Numbered from the stretch's first letter, positions 8,099 to 18,069 are shown. The stretch: DNA of 32,000 bases from an uncultured bacterium (GCA_963704705.1 OY969931.1:1020001-1052000); one strand, 5' to 3'. Numbers and translations are program-made. Notes: generated by a model from the sequence alone, not told the origin.

Positions 8099-9970
8099 AT
8101 GGATAGAAAAATTAAATTACCGGAACAAAGACCTAAAAACAGCTTACTTTACTTAATTGTATTAGCTTTAATAATTACCGCTCTTTACCTGGTATTTAAT
8201 CCTGATCAGAGTTCAACTGAAAAAATCAGTATTAATACCTTTGTTGAGCAGGCTAGAAATGAAGAAATAAAAAGTATTGCCGTTAAAAATGAACGTATTG
8301 ATATTGAGTTAATAGATGGCTCAAAAGAATACGCTTTTAAAGAAAGAGGTGAAACTTTAAGAGAAATACTTACTGATGTTCCAATTGATATCAGAAATAA
8401 AATCGATACTGAAATAGTTTCTACTGAAGGTGAGGAACTCTGGACCAATATACTTATAAGTATAGTTCCCTTCTTATTAATAATCGGATTTTTCGTTTTC
8501 ATGATGCGTTCTGCTCAAAACAGCAATAATCAGGCTATGTCTTTTGGAAAAAGCCGCGCACGTCTTCATGATAAAGAAAAGAATAAAACTACATTTAAAG
8601 ATGTGGCAGGTGCAAAAGAAGCAAAAGAAGAACTTGAAGAAATAGTGGATTTTTTAAAAAAACCAGCAAAATACACATTAATGGGCGCAAAAATACCAAA
8701 AGGTGTAATTTTAGTTGGTGCTCCCGGTACAGGTAAAACATTATTGGCACGAGCAGTGGCTGGAGAAGCAAATGTTCCATTCTTTAATATAAGCGGTTCG
8801 GAATTTGTTGAGATGTTTGTTGGTGTAGGTGCAAGCCGTGTACGAGATTTATTCAAAAAAGCAAAACGCAATGCTCCTGCAATTGTATTTATTGACGAAA
8901 TAGATGCTGTTGGCCGACAAAGAGGGACAGGACTTGGAGGAGGACATGATGAAAGAGAACAGACTTTAAATCAAATACTTACTGAAATGGATGGATTTGA
9001 AAAAGATACAAACATAATTGTAATGGCAGCAACAAACAGACCTGATGTACTTGACCCTGCTTTATTAAGGCCAGGCAGATTTGATCGCCGTATTGTGGTG
9101 GATATGCCGGACATTCAGGACAGGGAAGAAATTTTAAAAGTTCATTCAAGAGGCAAACCAATAGCAAGCAGTGTTGATTACCTTTCAATTTCGAGACAAA
9201 CACCTGGCTTTTCAGGTGCTGATTTGGAAAATTTACTTAATGAAGCAGCTATTTTTGCAGCTAAAGAAAACAAAAAAACCATTTCGATGCATCATATTCA
9301 GGAATCTATTGAAAAAGTTGCACTTGGGCCCGCACGAAAATCACTTATTCTTTCAAAACTTGAAAAACAGATTGTAGCATATCATGAAGTCGGACATGCA
9401 CTTGTAGGCCATTTTCTTCCATATTGCGACCCTATTCATAAAGTTACGATAATTTCACGTGGACATGCACTTGGCGTAACTTGGTCTGTTCCTGAAGAAG
9501 ATAAAAGACTCAGTACTAAAACTAAATTTGAGCATGATATAGCAATGTCCCTAGGAGGATATGTTGCCGAAGAAGTTGTATTCGGGGATATTACCAATGG
9601 AGCCGGAAGCGATCTTCAACATGCAACTGATATTGCAAGACAAATGGTCACAAGATACGGTATGAGTAGTCTTGGTCCGGTTATATATGGTGATCAAAAC
9701 CATGAAGTATTTTTAGGCAGAGACTTTGGACATGTTAAAAATTATTCTGAAGAGCTAGCTGCTAAAATAGATGAGGAAATTAAAAAAATAGTGGATAAGG
9801 GATATAAAACTGCAAAAGAAGTAATACTAAAACATAAAGACTTATTGGATAAAATAGCAGCAGACTTAATTAAAAAGGAAAATATAGATGCAAAAGAATT
9901 TAAAGAATATTTTAAAAATGTTAAAGTTCCGATAAAAAAATCATTTAGCAGAATTAAAAAAATAACTTAA
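8099..9970 (+). CDS. ftsH: ATP-dependent zinc metalloprotease FtsH
   Basis: Two N-terminal TM segments, Walker [19 protein letters not shown], Walker [10 protein letters not shown], the second region of homology, and the zinc site HEVGHAL. Confidence 0.95.
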   Translation: MDRKIKLPEQRPKNSLLYLIVLALIITALYLVFNPDQSSTEKISINTFVEQARNEEIKSIAVKNERIDIELIDGSKEYAFKERGETLREILTDVPIDIRNKIDTEIVSTEGEELWTNILISIVPFLLIIGFFVFMMRSAQNSNNQAMSFGKSRARLHDKEKNKTTFKDVAGAKEAKEELEEIVDFLKKPAKYTLMGAKIPKGVILVGAPGTGKTLLARAVAGEANVPFFNISGSEFVEMFVGVGASRVRDLFKKAKRNAPAIVFIDEIDAVGRQRGTGLGGGHDEREQTLNQILTEMDGFEKDTNIIVMAATNRPDVLDPALLRPGRFDRRIVVDMPDIQDREEILKVHSRGKPIASSVDYLSISRQTPGFSGADLENLLNEAAIFAAKENKKTISMHHIQESIEKVALGPARKSLILSKLEKQIVAYHEVGHALVGHFLPYCDPIHKVTIISRGHALGVTWSVPEEDKRLSTKTKFEHDIAMSLGGYVAEEVVFGDITNGAGSDLQHATDIARQMVTRYGMSSLGPVIYGDQNHEVFLGRDFGHVKNYSEELAAKIDEEIKKIVDKGYKTAKEVILKHKDLLDKIAADLIKKENIDAKEFKEYFKNVKVPIKKSFSRIKKIT

Positions 9971-9972
9971 CC

Positions 9973-10365
9973 ATGCCTAAAAAAAATTCACCACAAGTTG
10001 TATCTCAATCACAATATGATGAAGATGCTATTGAAGGACAATTAGCATTGGATGTTTATCAAACAGATAAGAATATAGTTATTTTAGCGCCTGTTGCTGG
10101 TGTAAAGCTTGAAGACATGAATGTTGAAGTTACTGATGATGTATTAACAATAAAAGGTCACAGACAATATGAACATACAGTTAAGGAAGAAAATTATTTT
10201 ACACAGGAATGCTTCTGGGGTGATTTTTCCAGATCAATAGTCTTGCCAGCTTCAGTTGATAGTAATAAAATAAGCGCCAGCTTTAATGATGGCGTACTAA
10301 AAATTGAAATTCCTAAGATTGAAAAAGCTCGGAGTAAAGTAATTAAAATTAAGACTACGAAATAA
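9973..10365 (+). CDS. Hsp20/alpha-crystallin family small heat-shock protein
   Basis: 130 aa with an alpha-crystallin domain pattern: LALDVYQTDKNIVILAPVAGV..., FSRSIVLPASVD..., ASFNDGVLKIEIPK. Confidence 0.85.
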   Translation: MPKKNSPQVVSQSQYDEDAIEGQLALDVYQTDKNIVILAPVAGVKLEDMNVEVTDDVLTIKGHRQYEHTVKEENYFTQECFWGDFSRSIVLPASVDSNKISASFNDGVLKIEIPKIEKARSKVIKIKTTK

Positions 10366-10366
10366 T

Positions 10367-11239
10367 ATGTCACAAAAAATTAGAAAAGCAGTTTTCCCTG
10401 CAGCTGGTTACGGGACACGTTTTTTGCCGGCTACCAAAGCCCAGCCAAAAGAAATGCTGCCAATAGTTGATAAACCTGTTATTCAATATTTGGTTGAAGA
10501 AGCTGTTGAAGCTGGAATTGAAGAAATAATTATTGTTACAGGTCGCGGAAAAAGAGCAATTGAAGATCATTTTGATCATTCATTTGAACTTGAACATACT
10601 TTGGCTGAAAAAGGTAAATCTAAATTACTTGATAAAGTACGTAAAATTTCAGAATTAGCGAAATTTATATATGTAAGGCAACCAATGCCCCTTGGAGACG
10701 GTCATGCAATAATGCAGGCTCGCGAAATTATCGGTGACGAACCATTCGCGGTTATGTTTGGTGATGATATTGTTGATCATAAAATTCCAGCACTAAAACA
10801 GCTTATGGATGTTTATGATAAAACATGTTGCAGTGTAATTGGTTTGGAAAAAATCTTAAAACAAGATTCAAATAAATATGGAATAGTTAAATCGTGCGGT
10901 TTTGACGGTAGAACCTACCATTTAGATGGAATGGTTGAAAAACCCGATCCAAAAGATGCACCTTCTGATCTGGCTATTATTGGTAAATATATTTGTACAC
11001 CTGAAATTTTTGAAGCAATGGAAAAAGCAAAACCATCAAGAGATGGTGAAATGCGCTTAATAGACGGATTTCTGGAATTAATCAAAACTCAACAAATATA
11101 TGGTTATGAATTGGAAGGCCAAAGATTTGATACAGGAAACATTCTTGGGTTTATTGAGGCCACTCTTCATTACGCTTTAAAAAGAAAAGACCTTGAAGAA
11201 CCATTGAAAAAGCACATAAGGAGCCTTGATATTAAATAA
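10367..11239 (+). CDS. galU: UTP--glucose-1-phosphate uridylyltransferase
   Basis: KAVFPAAGYGTRFLPATKAQPKEMLPIVDKPVIQYLVEEA is the GalU signature N-terminus. Length is 290 aa. Confidence 0.9.
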   Translation: MSQKIRKAVFPAAGYGTRFLPATKAQPKEMLPIVDKPVIQYLVEEAVEAGIEEIIIVTGRGKRAIEDHFDHSFELEHTLAEKGKSKLLDKVRKISELAKFIYVRQPMPLGDGHAIMQAREIIGDEPFAVMFGDDIVDHKIPALKQLMDVYDKTCCSVIGLEKILKQDSNKYGIVKSCGFDGRTYHLDGMVEKPDPKDAPSDLAIIGKYICTPEIFEAMEKAKPSRDGEMRLIDGFLELIKTQQIYGYELEGQRFDTGNILGFIEATLHYALKRKDLEEPLKKHIRSLDIK

Positions 11240-11254
11240 AAAAAAAGGTATAAT
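11226..11254 (+). promoter_or_regulatory. sigma70-like promoter upstream of the TPR gene
   Basis: TTGATA (11226-11231), 17 nt spacer, TATAAT (11249-11254), about 30 nt before the ATG at 11286. AT-rich genomes produce such hexamers by chance. Confidence 0.4.
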
Positions 11255-11285
11255 GATTTGAAATAAAAAAAATAAAAATAAAAAA

Positions 11286-11900
11286 ATGCCTAAAGAAATG
11301 AATGTTATTTTTAAAGAAGCGGAACGCCTTAAAATGGAAGGACAGCATGAAGAGGCTATAAAACTTTGCGAAAAGGTACTTAATGATGATTTAAGCTGCA
11401 CTGAAGCATATGAGGAAATCGGAGACAATTATTTAAGTTTAAGAGAATACGATAAAGCGCAAAAAGCTCTTAAAAGAGCATTGCAGACAAATTCAAAAAG
11501 CCCGAACGCGAATTATTTACTTGGATTTTTATATTCTGCTATCGGTGATTTTAAAAAATCAATTAAATATCTGGAAATTTCAGATGGATTTGAACCAAAT
11601 CACCCTGAAATTCTAAGATGTCTTGGCTGGAGTCTTTACCATGACGGTCAAAGACAAAGAGGTGTTGTTTTATTGGAGAGATCACTTGCTTTAAGCCCAA
11701 ATGACCCATTAATTTTGAGCGATCTTGGTGTTTGCTACTTAAACAGCAAAAAATTCGATAGATCAGCAAGCTTATTTAAGAAAATTCTTGAAATTGAACC
11801 TGAAAATGAAAAGGCAAGAGAATGCCTTAATGCAGTAAGGTTTTTTCAGCACGAATACAGCAAATTAAAAGAACAAAATCAGAAAAACAATAAACAATAA
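11286..11900 (+). CDS. tetratricopeptide (TPR) repeat protein
   Basis: 204 aa of tandem 34-residue TPR-like units (e.g. AYEEIGDNYLSLREYDKAQKALKRALQTNSKSPNA, NYLLGFLYSAIGDFKKSIKYLE). Confidence 0.75.
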   Translation: MPKEMNVIFKEAERLKMEGQHEEAIKLCEKVLNDDLSCTEAYEEIGDNYLSLREYDKAQKALKRALQTNSKSPNANYLLGFLYSAIGDFKKSIKYLEISDGFEPNHPEILRCLGWSLYHDGQRQRGVVLLERSLALSPNDPLILSDLGVCYLNSKKFDRSASLFKKILEIEPENEKARECLNAVRFFQHEYSKLKEQNQKNNKQ

Positions 11901-11941
11901 TATGTTTATTCGTAGTTTTTTAATTTTTGTCAATTTTCTGC

Positions 11942-11969
11942 TTGCCAAAAAATGCCCAATCAGTATAAT
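11942..11969 (+). promoter_or_regulatory. sigma70-like promoter of rnpB
   Basis: TTGCCA (11942-11947), 16 nt spacer, TATAAT (11964-11969). The predicted start 7 nt downstream (11976) coincides with the first paired base of helix P1. Confidence 0.5.
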
Positions 11970-11975
11970 GGATAA

Positions 11976-12439
11976 GCTGATTAAGGGCTTTTTGTGGTCG
12001 CCTGTCACATTATAAGTGATGGGAGGAAAGTCCGAACACCAAAGGAATAGGTAGCTGGTAACACCAGCCGGCTCTCTCAGTAATGAAAGAGCAAGGGAAA
12101 GTGCCACAGAGACAATACTACTAGAGGCCTTTGGCCTCTGGGAAAGGTGAAAAGTCCCCCGAGACGAGCGTATGCGAGTCTCTAGCGAGCTAAACTTATA
12201 GCGAGCCAAGTGTGAGCGTAAGCGAACTCAAATAAGGGGGAAGTCTCCCTCAAGTAATTGTGGGAAACTCGGTAAACCCTACCAGGTGCAAGGTGGTTGG
12301 CATGCAGGAATTAAGCTATATTCCTTTAGCTCCATGTTTTGCCCACTGCGAAGAACCGCATTGTAAAATGTCGGTCAAGATAGATGATCACGCCATAAAA
12401 GGTAACAAAATTCGGCTTATTGAAAAGCCTTTAATCAGC
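11976..12439 (+). ncRNA. rnpB: RNase P RNA (bacterial type A-like), unusually long at ~464 nt
   Basis: Universal CR-I GGGAGGAAAGTCCGAACACC lies at 12021-12040. AGTGCCACAGAGA and GGTAAACCCTACC...GCAAGG are present, and CR-V ACAAAATTCGGCTTAT lies at 12405-12420. P4 forms between aag(t)ccgaa (12028-12036, with the classic bulged U) and ttcggctt (12411-12418). P1 is 17 bp between 11976-11992 and 12423-12439, with one G-U that only works on the plus strand. The region is G+C-rich relative to its flanks. Confidence 0.9.
12161..12227 (+). repeat. G+C-rich repeat copy A (GCGAGC-unit element) inserted in an RNase P RNA hairpin
   Basis: gagacgagcgtatgcgagtctctagcgagctaaacttatagcgagccaagtgtgagcgtaagcgaac is flanked by ccccc (12156-12160) and ggggg (12236-12240). 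It is about 85% identical to the reverse complement of 13966-14012. Confidence 0.7.
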
Positions 12440-12485
12440 AGCTTACGGCAATTACTCATTGCTAATAACTAATTCCTAATATTGG

Positions 12486-13904
12486 ATGAAAAAAACTGAA
12501 ATTGCATTTGGCATACTTCGAATACCGATTGATATTGTAATGATTGTACTTGCGTTTTTTTCTGCCTATCAATTAAGACCTATTACAGATTTAATACCGG
12601 GAATAAAACTTCCCCTGGACCTTTCTACTTTTCCTCCATTAAATGAATATATTCAGTTTAGCGGATGGGTGGGTGTTATTTTGTTGGTATTATTTGCAAT
12701 AAACGGGATGTATTCATTAAAAACATCTCATAAATTGAGCCGTGAAATCAGTAAGGTTATTTGGTTCTCAATTATCTGGATACTATTAATAATCGCATAC
12801 TACTTTGTGATTCGTGAATTCCCTTTCTCTCGTTTGGTGCTTATTTACAGTTTTGTGTTAACTATCATTTATATTTCGCTTGGAAGATATATAATTAATA
12901 AATTACAAAGATTTTTCTTAAAAATGGGTTTTGGTAAAAGGCGTGTTCTATTTGTTGGCTTGAATCAGGTAACAGATGAACTTACAAAAGTTTTTAAAAA
13001 TGATTTAAGATTTGAAGTTGTTGGAGCAATTGATGCTGATGAAATAAATGAATTAAATAAATTTATAACAGAAAAAAACGTTGATGAATTAATTCAAACA
13101 AAATCAGACTTAAGCAAAGGACATTCAGAGGATATTTTGGATTTTTGCAGAGAAAATCATATTCAATATAATTTTGTTCCTGATATTGTTCAGGTTCAAA
13201 GAACAAACATTGATATTACAACACCTTCCGGTATTCCTTTAATATCTTTAAAGCCCACTCCATTGGATGGCTGGGGCAGAGTTTTAAAAAGAATATTCGA
13301 TATTTTGGGTTCTTTATTCGGGCTAATACTTTTCTCCCCTATTTTATTAATTACTGCAATTGCAATTAAGTTAGATGGCAAAGGAACAATTTTATTTAAA
13401 TTTTTAGATGACGGCACCCGTGTTAAAAGAGTTGGTCAATTTGGAAGATTCTTTAATTTTTACAAATTCAGATCAATGAAACCCAATACCCATAATTTAA
13501 GATATACTGAATTGGCAAAAGACAATATCAGAAAAGATTCTCCAATGGTAAAAATAAAGAATGATCCAAGGGTAACAAGTGTCGGTAAATTTATTAGAAA
13601 ATGGAGTGTTGATGAACTTCCTCAATTATGGAATGTATTTGTTGGTGATATGTCGTTGGTTGGACCAAGACCACACCTGCCTGAAGAAGTTGAGAAATAC
13701 GACAAGCACCATAAATTCGTATTATCGCTTAAACCAGGCATAACTGGCATGGCGCAAATTAGCGGCCGAAGCAATCTTGATTTTGAAAAAGAGATACAAC
13801 TAGACACTTATTATATTGAAAATTGGTCACTTTGGTTAGATATCAAAATAATTTTAAAAACTTTCAAAGTCGTTTTTACTGGAAAAGCTGCGAAAGACGT
13901 GTAA
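12486..13904 (+). CDS. polyprenyl glycosylphosphotransferase (bacterial sugar transferase, WbaP/EpsB-like)
   Basis: 472 aa with N-terminal TM helices. The C-terminal sugar-transferase domain shows RIFDILGSLFGLILFSPILLITAIAIKLD, YKFRSM, DPRVTSVGKFIRKWSVDELPQLWNVFVGDMSLVGPRP and KPGITGMAQISGRS. Confidence 0.87.
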   Translation: MKKTEIAFGILRIPIDIVMIVLAFFSAYQLRPITDLIPGIKLPLDLSTFPPLNEYIQFSGWVGVILLVLFAINGMYSLKTSHKLSREISKVIWFSIIWILLIIAYYFVIREFPFSRLVLIYSFVLTIIYISLGRYIINKLQRFFLKMGFGKRRVLFVGLNQVTDELTKVFKNDLRFEVVGAIDADEINELNKFITEKNVDELIQTKSDLSKGHSEDILDFCRENHIQYNFVPDIVQVQRTNIDITTPSGIPLISLKPTPLDGWGRVLKRIFDILGSLFGLILFSPILLITAIAIKLDGKGTILFKFLDDGTRVKRVGQFGRFFNFYKFRSMKPNTHNLRYTELAKDNIRKDSPMVKIKNDPRVTSVGKFIRKWSVDELPQLWNVFVGDMSLVGPRPHLPEEVEKYDKHHKFVLSLKPGITGMAQISGRSNLDFEKEIQLDTYYIENWSLWLDIKIILKTFKVVFTGKAAKDV

Positions 13905-13940
13905 AATATACAATTGACCATTGACTTACTAAATGTATTC

Positions 13941-14012
13941 GTTCGCCAAGGCGAACTCATGCTACGCTCGCGATATGTTTACGCTCGCGAGAGACTCACT
14001 AACGCTCGTCTC
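13941..14012 (-). repeat. G+C-rich repeat copy B, inverted relative to copy A, ending 2 nt before the secA ATG
   Basis: On the plus strand: gttcgccaaggcgaactcatgctacgctcgcgatatgtttacgctcgcgagagactcactaacgctcgtctc. It contains three CGCTCG units, a direct repeat of tacgctcgcga (17 nt period) and a 7-bp hairpin gttcgcc/ggcgaac. Confidence 0.7.
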
Positions 14013-14014
14013 TA

Positions 14015-16714
14015 ATGTTACAAAAAATAATTAATCGTATAATTGGCGATCAAAATAAGAAAGCCATTAAGAAAATTCAACCACTTGTTGATGAAATTAA
14101 TAAATTTGATGCAAAATATTCAGAAGAATTAAAAAATGATGAAGACTTTGTAGCAAAAACAAATGAATTTAAACACAGACTCGCAAATGGTGAGACTGAA
14201 GATCAAATTTTACCCGAAGCTTTTGCTTTGGTTAAGGCTGCATGTCGAAAATTACTTGGAAGAAAATGGGAAGTTCGCGGAAATGAAATAACATGGGATA
14301 TGGTTCCGTATGATGTTCAGTTAATAGGAGGAGTTGTTTTACATCAGGGAAATATCGCTGAAATGAAAACAGGTGAAGGTAAAACACTTGTTTGTACTAT
14401 GCCGGTTTATTTAAATGCTTTAAGCGGCAAAGGAGTATTTGTTGTGACAGTAAATGATTATCTGGCTTCACGTGATGCTGAATGGATGAGCGGTGTTTAT
14501 AGTTTTCTTGGTTTATCAGTTGGAATAATAAGACACGGACAGAGTCCTGAAGAAAAAAAACAAGCATATGAATCTGATATTACTTATGGAACAAACAATG
14601 AATTTGGATTTGATTATCTTAGGGATAATATGGCTACAAATATTGATAATGTTGTTCAAAAATATTTAAATTATGCGATTGTAGATGAAGTTGATTCGAT
14701 TTTAATTGATGAAGCCAGAACTCCTTTGATTATTTCAGCTCCGGCAGAAGAATCAACATTAAAATATAAAAGATATTCTGATTTAGTCGGAAGATTAAAA
14801 GAAAATGAAGACTATAATATAGATGAAAAGGCCAGATCTGCAGCATTAACAGAAGATGGAATTAAAAAGATGGAAAATCTTTTGGGTGTTGAAAATATTT
14901 ATACCGAAGCTGGATTTTTAGAGGTTCATCATATTGAATCAGCATTAAAAGCACAGACAATCTTTAAAAAAGATATCGATTATGTTGTTAGAGATGGCGA
15001 AGTAGTTATTGTTGATGAGTTTACAGGTCGTTTAATGCCCGGCAGACGCTATTCGCAGGGGCTGCATCAGGCAATCGAAGCAAAAGAAGGTGTTGAGATT
15101 AAAAGAGAATCTAAAACAATGGCAACAATTACATTCCAAAACTATTTCAGATTATTTAATAAATTGGGAGGAATGACCGGTACAGCTGAAACTGAAGCAG
15201 AAGAATTTTATAAAATTTACGGCTTGGATACTATTGTTATTCCAACTCATAAAAAAGTAATAAGAGATGATAAACCTGATGCGATTTATAAAACTCAAAA
15301 AGCAAAATATGTTGCTGTGGCAGAAAAAACAAAGGAACTTCATCAAAATGGTCAGCCTGTTTTAATTGGTACAATTTCAATTGAGAAATCAGAGGTAATG
15401 AGTAAGCTGCTTAAAATGCAAGGTGTGCCCCATAGTGTTTTAAATGCTAAATTCCATGAAAAAGAAGCTGAAATAATTAAAGACGCAGGTCAGGAAAAAG
15501 CTGTTACAATTGCAACCAACATGGCAGGTCGCGGAACCGATATTAAACTCGGGAAAGGTGTAGCTGATCTTGGAGGATTATATGTTATTGGAACTGAAAG
15601 GCATGAATCAAGACGTATCGATAATCAGCTCAGAGGTCGTTCAGGACGTCAGGGTGATGATGGTGCTACGCAATTTTATGTTTCAACCGAAGATGATCTA
15701 ATGCGTTTATTTGGAGGTGAAAGAGTACAAAGGATGATGGATATTTTGAAAGTACCTGATGATATGCCAATAGAAAACGGCATGATTTCAAAATCTATTG
15801 AAAGCGCACAGAAAAAAGTTGAAGGCAGAAACTTTGATATAAGAAAACATCTCGTTGAATATGATGATGTGATTAATCACCACAGAACAATTGTTTATAA
15901 AAAACGCAGAGAAGTATTAGAAAGTGAAAACATTAAAAACGATATTATTCTTCTTTTGGAAAAAGAAATTGAAAAAGTTGTTTTAATGCATACACAAGGC
16001 GAAGCTAAAGATTGGGATTACAAAGAAATAGTTGAAACTGTTAGAACTTTTAACAGAAATAGAAGTAAAGAATTTAATATTGATGATATTACAGGAATTA
16101 CAAATGTTGAAGATATGATTAAGAGACTTAGAAGATATTTATTTGATGAATATGAAGAACTTGAAAAATCGATTCCTAATCCTGAATTATTAAGAAAGAT
16201 TGAAAGAAGTGTTTATCTTCATATTATAGATTTATTCTGGATGGAGCATATTTCAAATCTAAATGCTATTAGAGAAAATGTAGCTTTAAGTGGCTATAGC
16301 CAGAGAGATCCTCTAAATGAATATAAGGGGGAAGCATTTACTGCATTTGAAAAAATGATGAATGATGTAGAAAGTGCGACAGTAAATACTTTATTTAAAA
16401 TTGATATTAGAAGTCAGGTTCCTGTACAAGTAATTCAGTCTGATCAGCCAAGAAATATTCAAACAAATGAAGGCCAAATAAACGAACCACTTTCAGGTCA
16501 CGAAGGTGGCAGATCAAACATTATAAAAACTATGGCTGGTGCCGGAGCAAATAAGAAGGGTATACAAATGATAAATACTGAAGAATCAAATCCCGCATTT
16601 GCAGCACAGCCAATGGCTGCTCAAACTGTGGATCCAAAATTTCAGGGAGTGGGCAGAAACGACCCATGCCCTTGCGGAAGCGGTAAAAAATTCAAAAAAT
16701 GCCATGGTGCTTAA
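14015..16714 (+). CDS. secA: preprotein translocase ATPase SecA
   Basis: 899 aa with DEAD-motor motifs ([42 protein letters not shown]) and the C-terminal zinc finger [14 protein letters not shown]. Confidence 0.95.
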   Translation: MLQKIINRIIGDQNKKAIKKIQPLVDEINKFDAKYSEELKNDEDFVAKTNEFKHRLANGETEDQILPEAFALVKAACRKLLGRKWEVRGNEITWDMVPYDVQLIGGVVLHQGNIAEMKTGEGKTLVCTMPVYLNALSGKGVFVVTVNDYLASRDAEWMSGVYSFLGLSVGIIRHGQSPEEKKQAYESDITYGTNNEFGFDYLRDNMATNIDNVVQKYLNYAIVDEVDSILIDEARTPLIISAPAEESTLKYKRYSDLVGRLKENEDYNIDEKARSAALTEDGIKKMENLLGVENIYTEAGFLEVHHIESALKAQTIFKKDIDYVVRDGEVVIVDEFTGRLMPGRRYSQGLHQAIEAKEGVEIKRESKTMATITFQNYFRLFNKLGGMTGTAETEAEEFYKIYGLDTIVIPTHKKVIRDDKPDAIYKTQKAKYVAVAEKTKELHQNGQPVLIGTISIEKSEVMSKLLKMQGVPHSVLNAKFHEKEAEIIKDAGQEKAVTIATNMAGRGTDIKLGKGVADLGGLYVIGTERHESRRIDNQLRGRSGRQGDDGATQFYVSTEDDLMRLFGGERVQRMMDILKVPDDMPIENGMISKSIESAQKKVEGRNFDIRKHLVEYDDVINHHRTIVYKKRREVLESENIKNDIILLLEKEIEKVVLMHTQGEAKDWDYKEIVETVRTFNRNRSKEFNIDDITGITNVEDMIKRLRRYLFDEYEELEKSIPNPELLRKIERSVYLHIIDLFWMEHISNLNAIRENVALSGYSQRDPLNEYKGEAFTAFEKMMNDVESATVNTLFKIDIRSQVPVQVIQSDQPRNIQTNEGQINEPLSGHEGGRSNIIKTMAGAGANKKGIQMINTEESNPAFAAQPMAAQTVDPKFQGVGRNDPCPCGSGKKFKKCHGA

Positions 16715-16734
16715 TATAATTAACCACACTTGAT

Positions 16735-17076
16735 ATGAATGATGGGATGAAATGTACAACTTTGGAAGTAGAAGTATTTCCTGGTGAAAACGAAGACGAC
16801 ACTTTTTTAGAAGATGAAATAACAGCTGTAAGAGCTGTAGATTTAAGTTTAGATGGATTAAAAGATTTTGAAGATACAATTAGCACAATGCCAGTAGAAA
16901 AATTAAGGGATCAAGTAAGTCAATTAAGTAGGCAGGTTATTTCATTAAAATCAGATTTGCCGGGAGGAGAACCTAATACAGAATGGGAAGTGGAAAAAAG
17001 ACAATTACTTGATTTAGCTATAGCTAAAAAACAGATTGCTGAAACTTATCTCAAGGAAGCTGCTGAAGACATTTAG
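16735..17076 (+). CDS. hypothetical small acidic protein
   Basis: 113 aa ORF, strongly acidic, with a predicted helical C-terminal half. I recognise no motif. Its end overlaps the convergent galE stop by 4 nt. Confidence 0.4.
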   Translation: MNDGMKCTTLEVEVFPGENEDDTFLEDEITAVRAVDLSLDGLKDFEDTISTMPVEKLRDQVSQLSRQVISLKSDLPGGEPNTEWEVEKRQLLDLAIAKKQIAETYLKEAAEDI

Positions 17077-18068
17077 TTTTCATAGCCGTCAGGATGCTCT
17101 TTGTGCCACTTCCAAGCGGTTTCTATAATTTGCTCAATTGAAGTAAATTTTGGGTTCCATTTTAATTGTGATTTGATTTTTTCAGAGTCAGCAATAAGAA
17201 TTGCCGGATCCCCCTCTCTTTTTGGTGTCTCTTCTTTTGGAATTGGATGTCCAATAACTTTTTCCGCTGCTTCAATTACCTCTTTAACTGAAAATCCATG
17301 ACCGTTCCCTAAATTGTACACATCACTGTCCCCTGTTTCAAACAGTTTTTTAAGAGCAAGTATGTGTGCCTGAGCTAAATCATTAACATGAATATAATCG
17401 CGAACGCATGTTCCGTCTTTTGTATCATAATCCGTTCCGAAAATTGAAATACTTTTACGCTTTCCAAGTGCTGTTTTTAAAATAAGAGGTATAAGATGAG
17501 TTTCCGGGTCGTGATCTTCTCCAATTTCACCTGAAGGGTCTGCGCCGGCAGCATTAAAATATCGAAGTGAGATATATTTAAGTCCGTGAGTCTCTTCGTA
17601 CATTTTCAAAATATTTTCAAAAATTAATTTTGTACGACCATAATGATTAACCGGCATTAATGGATGATCTTCTTTTATTGGAGTAGAAATTGGATTTCCA
17701 TAAACCGCAGCAGTAGAAGAAAAAATGATGTTCTTTAAATCATTGGCAACCATTGCGTGCAATAAATTTGTTCCGTTTATACAATTATTTTCAAAGAATT
17801 TTTCAGGTTCTTTCATGCTTAAACCAGCTTCAATAAACGCAGCGAAATGAATAACCGCATCAAAATTATTATGCTCAACCAATTTAGTTAAAACTTCACG
17901 TTCGCAAAGATCTAAATTAATAAATTCAACTTCGGGCGCTAAAGATTTTTTATGTCCGTTTACTAAATTATCAAGAACTGTAACTTTATATCCTTCTTTT
18001 AACAGGAGTCGAACAGTATGAGAGCCAATATAACCAGCTCCGCCGGTAACGAGTATATGTTTACTCAT
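17073..18068 (-). CDS. galE: UDP-glucose 4-epimerase
   Basis: ILVTGGAGYIGSH Rossmann motif, and the SDR catalytic region SSTAAVYG...Y..TK (NHYGRTK). Length is 331 aa. Confidence 0.9.
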   Translation of the reverse strand: MSKHILVTGGAGYIGSHTVRLLLKEGYKVTVLDNLVNGHKKSLAPEVEFINLDLCEREVLTKLVEHNNFDAVIHFAAFIEAGLSMKEPEKFFENNCINGTNLLHAMVANDLKNIIFSSTAAVYGNPISTPIKEDHPLMPVNHYGRTKLIFENILKMYEETHGLKYISLRYFNAAGADPSGEIGEDHDPETHLIPLILKTALGKRKSISIFGTDYDTKDGTCVRDYIHVNDLAQAHILALKKLFETGDSDVYNLGNGHGFSVKEVIEAAEKVIGHPIPKEETPKREGDPAILIADSEKIKSQLKWNPKFTSIEQIIETAWKWHKEHPDGYEN

Positions 18069-18069
18069 A

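Noticed and set aside
11865-12472. Track ORFs 11865..12209 (-, 114 aa) and 12260..12472 (+, 70 aa)
   Set aside because: Both lie inside or across the well-supported RNase P RNA gene. They are artefacts of a G+C-rich, stop-poor RNA region.
13941-13956. Hairpin gttcgcc-aa-ggcgaac as the intrinsic terminator of the glycosylphosphotransferase gene
   Set aside because: It is a perfect 7-bp stem, but the loop is only 2 nt and no U-tract follows (tcatgc). It is part of repeat copy B, so I do not call a terminator.
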